Program-made: the position numbers and the translations under genes
Source: Iphione sp. A-MEVVRFRX5
Taxonomy: Eukaryota
Direction of reading: 5' to 3'
Length of the DNA stretch: 64,000 nt
Assembly: GCA_976226885.1 (NCBI GenBank)
Contig: OZ320315.1
Span: forward strand, 50,468,001-50,532,000
The notes under the pieces: generated by a model
Seen by the model: the letters and a program-made list of their open reading frames with translations, nothing else
Databases searched by the model: none
Told to the model about the DNA's origin: nothing
In this document: in pieces, positions 52,681 to 63,900 of the stretch
Position numbering within the stretch: position 1 is the stretch's first letter
How the letters are laid out: each line of letters opens with the position of its first letter

Positions 52681-54199
52681 AAAAAGTATCCCCAAATTAG
52701 TACATCCCTAAAGAAGTCTTCTTGGACTGGACACATATGCATACGATTTTCAGGTCCTGCACGTAGTCCATGCACCATATGATAACTTGTTCTGAAAGTA
52801 ATTGTCGTTCTTGTGTATCTGTCATTCGTAGGACGTAGTCCAGTCGGAGTGATGGATTATATGCATTTCAGTAATTATATTCGCCATTATTACAATCTAA
52901 AGTAGCAAATTTGTCATTTATTCACTACATAACATTATTTACTTGTCTTTCAGCCTGCGCAAGATATAAAACTAAAGTTATACTTACAGATATTATCCAT
53001 GGCGTTCAGGCTTTTAGTCAGTGGCATTGATATTTTACTGTGGGTCGAAGTAAAACTACAGATGATACTGCAAGCAACACTGAATAAAAACATCCCTTTC
53101 ATCCGCTTAGTTATTCCCATCACTGACCCCATACCATCTGTTTGACTGCCAAGTTATCTATTATCCACATTCTTTACAGCACCCTTTCGGTACTAACCTT
53201 GAATGAATATGCTAAGCACTACAGACAAATACGAAGTAAAAAGCGCTTTTTTAGCTCAAGTCCTAAGAATGCCTACTTCATTCTCGTACAACCGATTTAA
53301 TTAAAGCAGAATTGATGTCTATGTACCTCGGCTCACTTCTCCCTCCATAGTCTCCTTAGCTTTTCTACATTCTAATATGGCAATGAATGCTTTTCAGGCA
53401 TCTAAATACCAATTTCTCCTAATACTATTTGGTCTCCCTATGTGATATTTTCCTTCGAGTGCAATATGAATTCTCTCCAGCGGAAGTTTGGCTAACATAA
53501 AACAGGCAGTAATTAACTAGGAAGAGATTGTTCGGTGATAGATCGATCCCAGAAGGTTGGCAATTAATCTTCGAGCGATTGTACGTGGTCCACAGCAGAA
53601 AGAGTCTGTGTCTCGCTCCAAAGCTGAAGTTATAGTGCAAAATTAATAAAAAAAACAGGGGGAGTTTCTTGTCTGAACGTTAGCAGGGTGGGAACATCCC
53701 AGCCGGATGACCAGCCAAGCGTGAAGCCAGATAAGCCTGCAACTATCACGTTTTATTTGTGTAGGTATGCTTCGGAATCAGTGCACCATATTTCTCAGGT
53801 TTCTTCTTGATAAACAGAAACATGTATTGCCCACATAAGGCACTGCACTAGAAGTTCCTGTCATTCTCGAAGTCTCCCGGCTGTCATTTTATAAAGCGGA
53901 ACGAGTATTAAAACGGCCAACGCAGGATGCCGGCAGCAGCTACGGACACTTTGAATAGGAAAGGGTATATTTAATCGCCCACGCTTTAGATTATCTGGGT
54001 TAGTTTTGAGGTATCATATCACCCTTCTCTGTAAGTCCTTGTTTCATCAGACTTGCTCATGCCCCATGCGGTTGCATGAATCTTTTCTTCTTGACGTTAT
54101 TTTACCGGCCTATCGCATTACGGAACCGTCTGAAAAGATGAACACAGTCTCTCGGAAAGTGACACTTTAAGACTCGAAAGGTTAAGGATTTATTCATGG

Positions 54200-54340
54200 C
54201 CCAGGGGGATGAAACGATCCTTGTTGACAAAGTACTTGATACAAACTGTGTTGTTCAGACTGAAAAAGAAGGAGGATTAGGTCGTTTGCATTGTATTATC
54301 GTGTATCATACTTTAATGTTTCATCAGACCGGTAAGGTGA
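54200..54340 (+). mobile_element. Possible L1/Tx1-type RT C-terminal scrap
   Basis: VVQTEKEGGLG (EKEGGLG at 54262-54282); a single motif only. Confidence 0.22.
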
Positions 54341-54689
54341 TCATGACTCTACTGAAGCCAACTTCTTTCAAAAGCGATGCTTCTTCTTCCTTATCTGCCC
54401 GTATATAAAGGGTTCATGTGTAAAACCCGGTGTCCCTATATGTGCGGGACCGTGTGGATGATTATCCCTGCATATCATTGCGTATTTATAGGACGGGTTG
54501 ATTTCATTGATAGGTGTGGGAGCGTGCGGCAGCGTGCGTTATATATGCTTGTTTTCGGTACATGCTGTATATTTCCCACACCCACAAGCTCACTTATGCT
54601 CACGCACAAGCAGGATTGGGGATATATCCTTTGAATGAAGTAAAAATATCAGTGAATCCATGTTAGATGAAGTAAAGACATGAGTACAG

Positions 54690-54990
54690 CACATTACAGA
54701 ACTTTAAGGCAAATGTTTGCTGATTTTTCATACTTTTTCCCATTACATTTGCTGGTTTTTGCCGCTATTCCCATTAAATTTGCTAAATTTTACACATGTA
54801 CTTTTTCCAGTAAAATTCACTTTTTTGCTGCTATTCCCATCGAATTTGCCCATCTTCATACCTTTTCCAGTCACATTCGTGGTTTTCACATGTTTCCCAT
54901 TCAGTTTTCCTTGGGTCTCATGTCTTATTTTCCGAAGTATGGAGCACCCCTCTGTAGGAAGCTGTAGGTGGCTGTGTGAGGCTGCATGAA
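54690..54990 (-). repeat. Inverted, more diverged copy of the 59235-59560 repeat family
   Basis: The reverse complement contains AAATTCGATGGGAATAGCAGCAAAAAAGTGAATTTTACTGGAAAAAGTAC, plus the shared flanks AGGGGTGC and TCATGCA(G/A)CCTCA. Confidence 0.8.
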
Positions 54991-57666
54991 AAACAGATCA
55001 CTCCCAGACCTCTCCCACAGTCTCACACACTGTAATGCATGTATGGAAACCGGGCCTAACGCTGCATCAGTACTAGACAAGATTTCAGTGTTCAGGTATT
55101 CATGTTTTTAGGGGGCCACGGTATACTCTGTGTAGAGAATGGTTTGGAAAAATCCAGAGTCACAGGGGCCCTTTCCTGGACTGGTCTCTATGTAACGTGT
55201 AAATATACAGGAAAAAATGAGACAAACCTACGGTAGAGCTGGATATTCATTTGTATTTGTATCTTGCGCCTCCAAGTTTACGTTACGTTTAAGTGTATCG
55301 TTACGGAAGATGACGTACCTGGTTGCTTGGATACAAAATAATAGCCAACAATCGTTACTATTACGACATATATTCACAAAATAAATTATGGTACACGTGA
55401 TTTGAAAAACGCCTGTCTGTTTGTATTTATTCATTATCCATATATTTCCAATGCATCCCTATCGTGTCTGTAGCCTCTGTTCATGTACTCTGATTCCCAT
55501 TTATGAATCCATGGAAAGATGGTCTGTTTTCCATTCCTGGAGGTTGATTCCATATCCAAAGAATCTGGCCGAACGTTTTGATCTGGCAATATCTACCGTC
55601 CACTTTGATCCCAGGACTTGTACAAAGAATGTAGTGGGAGAGATTGCATGCCGGATTAGTTTGACATACGCCATGTATAAGAACATGTACTCTAGCAAAC
55701 TTACCTGCCTGTGGGGGTTTCTCGCTTACCTGGTCTGATGATAAACTTGCAAAAAAGACAATCGTTTAGGTCTAATAAAAAACGGCCGTGCACGAGGGTC
55801 GGCTCTCCTGAGGTTTAACTATAAATCGAGGAACAGCCGCACAAAAAGAAGTTTATCAGCTGAATAAGGAGCACTGCTGCTGTGGAGGAAACCTAATCCA
55901 AATGTCAATTGAGTTAATGGATGTAGAGGCTTTCTTGAAAGAGAAAAGAACAAGGTAACTGCGGACTTCGTACGATTACGAAAAGAAACACATAATTATA
56001 AAATAAAAAACCCACTAACAATAGCTATTACATCTTTCAGACTGATATCCATCAACTTGTACGTTTCCTTTCACCACCTTGCTGGCTAATTGGGATAGGA
56101 GAAACGGTATTTCCATGTACATGCAAAGCTATAGGTTTCCGTACGTAGATGAAATAGACTATACCGCACTCAGCATAATTTCACACACGGACTCCAATTC
56201 AAATTAATCGAGTTAAATTTTGATAAACGGCAGATAAGGCCAATACAGATAAGGGCAATAGAAAGCAATAGAATGTTTATAGAAAGCGCAATTAATTAAT
56301 TAATGTTGGTTATGTGACCAACATTGAGAGACTTATAATACAATTCATTATTAAAAAACGTACGCGCAATCAATATTGTGGAAGAGTTATCCCATAATTC
56401 TGCATGGATTGCACACTTTTGCCATAGCAAACACATGTGCAAACAACCCTTGGTGGCAGTAGATTGTTGTACGCTTTCAAAATCTAGAAGACATGAAATT
56501 TGCTACATGGAAATTAGCACATAATTATAGCTACAGAATTATGTTGAGTATAAATATAAGCATCAGTATGTAGTAACTGTCTCTCTTGTACTTTAGACCG
56601 TTTTTCTAAAGCATGCTCAACCATACAACGTATATAATTATGACCTTATTTTCACTCACTGTGCACGACTAACAGATCATGATATGGATGTCACGTGACC
56701 GACAAAAAACATTCGAGTGAAACTCGAAGCAAGAATCTACTACAATTACTAGCTTCCACCTTCCCTAATAAAGTGTGTCGGTTTTCACCCGAAATGTCAT
56801 TACTATCGATGCATGGCCATTGTGTAAAGAAATCATCCGTCTGATGAGATGATGGGGTTGAACGCTATTTGAGATCATTTATAGACAAAGTCTGACAACT
56901 GGCCTATACATGTATCCTATTCCTATGGTGAGAGTATGGACTTTAGAATTGCTATCCTCATAGGTCAATCCCTGTGACTGATACCACTAACACCCCAAGG
57001 GACACACACAGTTGACATCACCAGGGTAAGCTATCCAGACAAATGCACATACATTTGGAGGATTGGCCTATGGAAACAAAAGATGAATGGGGTGTCTTGG
57101 CCTCTACTGTACGTCATCTCACTTCTATTCAAGTGGCATAGATTACCCATCTTGCCTCGGCACAGCGCTCTCGGTCTGATGTTTTAGCGCAAATCCCAGT
57201 GGCAACCACTGGATACTATTTGAACAGAGATTCTAATAGCGTTTTCCCCAATATTCTGAGTGGGATCTTTACTTTTGAGGTCTAGGAAGGAGAGGCTTCT
57301 ATAATTAAAGTAACTAGCTCTGATCTTTATCAAAACGTAAACCTGTCGTAGTAAACCTTACTTCTGGCTCTTCACTAGTTCTAAAGAAAAATGGTTTACA
57401 GGGTAAAGTATATCCTATTGTGAGATGATTGACATTTCTGGGAGCATATGTATAAATACGTGCTTATACAAGCAGAGGTGGAAGACGTACATTCTCGCAA
57501 GAACACTTAGAATTTAGGATTATATCTCAGGGTACGGTTCTAAGATATATTTATTCACCAAAATGACATATGCTTGTATCTATCAACAATAGATTATGCA
57601 ATGGGACTGCGATCTAGTCCAAGACATTTTAATTATTAAAGGTGCTCCTCAGGTGATTTTGGAGCC

Positions 57667-57790
57667 TTAGTACTTGTATGTTGTGGCATTTGACTCCACT
57701 GAAAGCAGTGTCCTTGTGTCTATGACCGGCTTTCTATACAGAGAGGTGAAAAGGCCTTCCTGGCCCGTTTCTGTCTTAACGATGGCAGAA
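57667..57790 (-). mobile_element. Possible Penelope-like RT scrap
   Basis: GLFTSLYRKPVIDTRTLLSVES (LYRKP at 57727-57741) resembles L.T..YRKPT.T..YL...S. Confidence 0.4.
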
Positions 57791-57839
57791 CACTGTTTAT
57801 TGGTTGTAGATGACCTACGGCAGAGAAGGGGTCGCAGGG

Positions 57840-58560
57840 AGATGGGCCTGTGCCAGGCAGCTGGCAGCTTTATGTTGCTGTGAAGGAGACCGTCCTTAGA
57901 ACAAAAAGGACCACGAAATTGCTCACCCACCTCCTTCTCAATCCCACCTCTTCTCAACCTCCCCCCCCCAACCTCACTCCCCACCCACAACAACGACGTC
58001 GCAGCAACCGACCTGCCGGCTGACCCTTGGGGTGCCTGATTGTGCGCACGGCCTATCAATGGATGATGGCCTGCTCTCAAACCGCCAGAGATCAAAGATA
58101 AGATTGTTCTACATTAACCGCTCGGATCCGCGAGGCCATCGGAAACATTTATTCTACGCCCCGCCCCATCTCGCCCGCCGAAGCTGAATGCCATGCTTGC
58201 TGCGTCCGAGCGGTCTTCAATCTGAAACCCCCTGGCTAAAACCCGGTTACTCGCACACCCTAAATATATCCCCCGTCGTCCCAAGCCCCTTTCCACTCGG
58301 TCTCCTTGTTCACGAACCCACGAACCTCCCCCCGTCCCCCTTTGTTGGGATGCCATCGCAGGCCGAGTCTGGGCGGTGCCGATAAAGCGCGGGCCAATCT
58401 TTCGCACTGACCAAGGGTCAAGCAAATAGCACGTCCAATCATGGCGCCGGCGCACGCCATCGGCGGTGACACGTATTGACGGGCGGACACCGTCATCGAC
58501 CCGTGCACGAGTGGACACCTCTCCCTCACAAACAGCTCGCCCGCTACCGGCTCCAGCCAG
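57840..58560 (-). mobile_element. DIRS-like RT/RNase H remnant
   Basis: MIGRAICL (ORF 58260), SVRKIGPRFI and RSDAASMAFSFGG (ORF 58114), and SLLWVG and NIKLPAAWHRP (ORF 57667), in DIRS order. Confidence 0.4.
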
Positions 58561-58989
58561 CTCATCTCACTGGGCATTGGGTCAATGTCCTATTGGTCCT
58601 CCACGTTCGCATTTATAGGCCCTCCATCACTTTACAAAGCACTCGGTGCTAGGGAAGTTAGTTGGAATTGCACACGGTACTATGACTCTTTTGAGTCGTG
58701 ATTGTACATGGGCCCCTAGCCTTTTCGTAGACAATAACGATCCATCATACTTACAAAAGTCTTTCAAAATTGCATTATACGAATGCATTGGGTCTACGCA
58801 TGTATTCAATGCAGATGTGAACGAGATTCCTGTAGGTAGTGGAATGACTGCTCCCTTCATTCGCAGATGCCAGAGGCTTGCTGTGTTTTCTACGCCGATG
58901 GAAACCGTTCTTTCCCATCAACACCGACTTGCTCGCTTATCAAACGATTAAAAAGTAGTTACATATATACTGTAATCCTCATGGAAAAA

Positions 58990-59115
58990 TAAAGAACAAC
59001 TGGGGACATCCAAGACACGGGACATCCCTCAACTGGGGATACTTTGCTGGAACAGCTTTATATCTGGGCTATACATGGTACTATCCAGTGTCCCCAGTTC
59101 TGAGGTTCTACTGCA
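58990..59115. mobile_element. Small MITE-like hairpin element (CAGT-terminated type)
   Basis: Perfect inverted repeat AACTGGGGACA (58998-59008) / TGTCCCCAGTT (59089-59099). The right end reads GAGGTTCTACTG; the left terminus is eroded. Confidence 0.55.
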
Positions 59116-59300
59116 GAGCCAAAATATGATGTTGTTCCAGGCAAAAATGTCCCCAGTCTAAGGGTCGGTTTCCTTCCATGTGTTGAGTTGCGTTTGCCAG
59201 TGTTTGCTATCCGTGTGAATTACCATGCTTTTTGCAATCATGCAACCTCATGGATAGGGGTGCCTATTGAGGTTGTATTGAGATTGCATTAATAAGGACC

Positions 59301-59557
59301 AATTTGATGGGAATAGTGGCAAGAAATTGTCAATTTCACTAGTTAAAGAATGAAAAAGTACAAATTTGACGGGAATAGGGGCAAAAACTAGAGAATTTCA
59401 CTAGTTAAAGGATGAATAAGTACGAGTTTGATGGGAATAGTGGAAAAAACTGGTGAATTTCACTAGTTAAAGGACAAATTTGATAGGAATAGTTGCAAAA
59501 ACTAGTGAATTTCACTAGTTAAAGGAAGATTTCACTAGTTAAAGGACAAATTTGATG
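59301..59557 (+). repeat. Minisatellite, 52-62 bp units, about 4.5 copies
   Basis: Unit AAATTTGATGGGAATAGTGGCAAAAACTAGTGAATTTCACTAGTTAAAGGA(TGAAAAAGTA)C. Confidence 0.95.
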
Positions 59558-62500
59558 TTACTTCACCTGGTTCAAATAATATCTCTGATATACTACTGGT
59601 GCATTGGTGTCCATTTGTGTTAAATTATCTGTCAGGGACCATTAATGAACCATGGATACCAAATGTATACCAACAGATACCAACGCACACGGATGCATTT
59701 GGCACCCTCTATTAGAATCAATATGACCAATAAAAATGCATACAAATGCACACAAAATGCACACAAATGCACATGGATACCAATGCAGGAAGGAAACTGG
59801 CCCTTAAGCTGAATTTCCCTGGATGCATGTTTTCAGGGCCATGCCACGGTGTATTTTGGGGAACTATGGTTAACACCAGGAGATACTCCTTATATTTATG
59901 AACTATGTAGCATGTTTGCACGGGCATGTACACATGTTTTTGGATTGGGAAAGTTCCCACTGCATGTTTTGCATGGAAGTATAGGAAAAGTGGGATTGAA
60001 ATAGTTTTCTTCGCTATGTTTCATACAAAAAACTAAATAATTCCACATATTTATGCACATCTATTCATGGGTTTTGCCATTTCCAATGAAATTTACATGA
60101 ATTCTGCCATTCTTTGACAGAATTTGCATGAATTTTGCAGTTTTTCCACCAAGTTGTCATAAAATTTCCTATATCTTGCCATTTTTCAGCTGAATTTACT
60201 TGAATTTTGCCGGAGTGAATCAAAACGTCTCCTTTGTCAGTTGTTTTTCTGATTAATGATATAACTGTTAATAGGAATACTCATTAAGTGAGTATTTCCT
60301 GCATATTATTCGCCGGATGGCCGCCAGAAAAACTCATTTCCTAATCAATTTACATCTAACTGCCAAGCACGCCTGTTTGTTCGCGTGCACTCACTGACCG
60401 GGCGTAGAGCAAACCGTCAAAAAACAACGCCCTCAAACTCCTCCGATATATAAGATACCTTACGAAAGTTTTGTTCAAAGTGTCAGGTTTAGCATAGAGA
60501 TCGAATATCCCTGCATAACAATGATCCCCAGCATCCTATATTTCAGTTGTCTGAGGATGGGCATGTTTGCTCATATATAGGACACGCATACATATCTTGA
60601 TGGCACCACGCCCATTGCACAGGTCTATAAGCAATAGTTTTGTGTTAGCCGGGGGTTGATCTGAAAACTGTGATGTAATTCTTGGATTTCCGAATGGATT
60701 GCATCAGGTATGCGCGTCTTTTAACATTTATGACTGGTGCAATATATAATTGAAAGAAAAGGCGTCTTTAAAAAAACTTAGTTGAAGTGTTTTAGATTTG
60801 TGCGGTTGGATTGAATGTACCCTTGACTCTTGCTTAAGGGGTCACCTGTGGGATTGGAGAAATCTTGTCTCTGTTGTGGTCTAGTCTCAATGAAGGCTTA
60901 ATATCTATGTATGTGTGTAGTATCTTTTCATAACAGTAATTCCGTGAAACTTGGTGACTTGTTTACTCTTTGCATAGCAACAGAATGGTAATCAGCAGAC
61001 AGCCTTGTATCACAACTGTAGATAAGTATAGATTCCATTGAAAACACACTTTCACACCTATAGAAACCAGAAACTTTCCAAGTCAACTACATACTACATT
61101 CAGACATGATACAGGGGACATGGTACATGCATCATAGAAACACTACTTATAATAAGCATAGTTAAGAGAAACAAGCTGAAAGCATGACATCATGGTCATG
61201 AAAACACATGAAAACACATGCATGGATATGAAGACTTCAGGTCTTTTGTTATATCAAAATAGGTACATTCGGCACCATCAAAACTTGGCCTCTTTCCTGA
61301 TCGTGTTCTCTCTGTGATCGGGTCTTTAACTTAGAGTTGGCTGTATATAACATTTGTGTATATACAGGTATAACAATGTTTAGGATATCTTAAAACATTT
61401 GAACGTTCCTGAAAAATACAGAAAAGCTATGGGATAAATAGAAAATTAGAGATTTTCTTTCAAAGGTCATCCTCCTAATGAAGCAATTATTCATGTGAGC
61501 AAGATGTGAAATAGTCAGAAATTACAGCCGATAACGTTTCACTTTTGAAATTTGATCGTTCTTGTTGTCTTTCTGAGATTACAGGTGCGACATATTCATC
61601 AAACAAACAGTACTCAATCTCTCCCCAAATCTTTCTTGCTTTTATAGGAACATCATGCTATCTTTGTCAAATTATTCGAATGATGTCCAAGCGCATTGGC
61701 GGACGCCGTGCAAACTCGTCCTCATGTAAAATCTGAAACCGGATTTCTGGACATGGAGTATTTGTTTCCATCAGAACTATTAACTTAATAATGTTACTTA
61801 ATATTCCACGTAACGAAATCGCCATACTGTGGACAGCTCTGGTCTGAAACTACACAAGTGTATAGCCAGAGCAAGTAAGGGTGAACAAACAGCTGTCTCG
61901 TGCGAAACATCTAGAGGTATTTTTCAGTCGCCTTCTCTTTATGTTTTCTCTTTTCTTTCTTTTTATTCGTTTTGGTCAGTTACTCTGTTTTATGCAGGGA
62001 GTCTAGAATTTTAGCACTATGAAAATGTCAGCTGCCACTTGCTGCTTGTAAAAAATCAAGATAGGAGGTATCTTTCAAACCCTAAAACGCGTAGTTCTAG
62101 TTGTATATCAAATCAAAGCCAAGGATCTAAGGAAGAAGTTGGTGTACAGATTGTCTTTCTATCTTAAATTATAAGGACGTTACAGCCATGTGAAATTTGG
62201 CACTCATTCAGCACTTACTCAATGCTGTCCTGCGTAAAAACGTAACGTCATTTTACTGCAAAATTACGTACAACAGCAATCGGTTCATTATAAGAGCCAT
62301 ATCATTCTCAAAATCTGCAATGGTTACCAGAGAAATAACACTTAAAAATGTACCAAAGAACCCCATACTAGGGTTAGTTGGTGCATTTATTAGGAATGTT
62401 ATCACACAATGTAGGCTCTCCATGATTTTATATCTTTTTTGGACAAATATATCCGTTCAATGGAAGACTACAGCAATCATGTGAAAAGGGTCAGGAGGTA

Positions 62501-63599
62501 TGTCTGCCCAACAAAAAATCCCTGAACCATCATTTGGTTTTGATGGTAATGGTAAGAGTCCTCTTTCGTGTGACGAGGAGCTCTAAATTTCTTTTAGTAA
62601 TTCATCTCTGCATAAGAAATGAAAAACCATTTAGGTAGGTACAGCCTACAAAATATGTAGCGACCAGTGCCAAGCATAAAAAAAAATTGTACTTTTTAAC
62701 CCAGGCCTATGGATTTCTTTGCATGCATGTTGAAACTTAACCAGCGTTTGCATGGAACATGAAAGGCAATATTGTTAGTTTATATTGTGTCTTCATAAAT
62801 GAAATGAAAAAAACTCATTTTTGAAATGTAAAGTACCTTTTGATTCATTTTGGCTAGTTTGTAACGTAATTTGCTTCTATACAAATCGACTTTGTCATTG
62901 TATATTTGTGATATTGCATTTTTGGCAACAATAGCAGAGGCATAGAAGATCAAAAAAGGCCAGAAAAAATAGGCCGAAAGACCACCTTGCAGTAAGGAGG
63001 GAAATAAAGTGAAATGTTCCAATATGCCCTTCGCACCAACCGGCCCTGGTCTTCCCGATACGTAGTCATATGAACGACACCAGTGAATATGCGTTGGTTT
63101 ATTTTACTGCAAAAGAGATTCTTTGGGAAAAGATTTCTCTCTTTTGTTTAGGTGTAATGAACTTGGATGCCATGTCATCTCCATTTATTAGGAAATTCTT
63201 TATTCACAATGTGAAGCGTGCGTGTCAATCTTTATTCGATCACCTCATCTGGCAATCTTATGAAATTGACCCAAGTGCGTGTTTTTGTTGGGACTGTTCA
63301 GCTTTTAAGTAATAACAAACAAGGATGTGTCTACATCTTGTTCAAGATTCAATTTAAACATGTAAAACTCCTGGAGGGTCTTGGAAATTTTGGATCCAGC
63401 ATTATCCGTAGCACCCACGGGATGATAGGTTTTATTGTCCCAACACAGTCGATTCGCTCAGGTGATCTCCAATTAACATCAGCACAATATGAAACCACGC
63501 TGCCTCAAACTCGAATTTAACAACTGAGAAATGCCTTCAGAAAACCAAATACGCCCTCCTCGAGGCTTTGTTTGCTCGTCCAAGACCAGGACCGGTTAT

Positions 63600-63900
63600 T
63601 AACGTTTGAGGGTATTTTTTCGTCTTTTTGTTCGACTTCTTCGTTTTCCCTGGAAAGAGGAGACTGGGGTTTGAGACAAGCCCCAGATGGCTGAGGGGTC
63701 GTTCCTAGTTGTTGTCCTGGCCAGATTCCTTCGTTGAGGTTCTGGGTGGTTCGGGTTACCCTGGGACCAGTCACACCTCGCTAATATTTTGCCGGGTGAC
63801 TGGCAGGCCGATCCGCCTCCTTTACCGAGAGAACGTCCCGATCGAGCGTAACCCTTGAAGCACGATGACATAATCCTCTACGTCATGCTCCCAGGGCCTT
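63600..63900 (-). mobile_element. Degenerate AP-endonuclease fragment of a LINE
   Basis: PWEHDVEDYVIVLQG, then by frameshift FKGYARSGRSLGKGGGSA, then NEGIW...SGACLKPQS. These resemble ETW / GY..R.DR..GGG / E.IW / G..YRPP in order. Confidence 0.5.

Noticed and set aside
55697-55730. U1 snRNA-like ACTTACCTG
   Set aside because: Only the complement of a splice donor; the rest of U1 is absent.
59301-59557. CRISPR-like repeat array
   Set aside because: The inter-repeat segments are themselves repeated rather than unique spacers, and there are no cas genes; the same applies to 18263-18353.
380-63871. The remaining 60-140 aa ORFs in the supplied track
   Set aside because: Their lengths are compatible with chance, many start at TTG or GTG in eukaryotic DNA, and no domains are recognisable.
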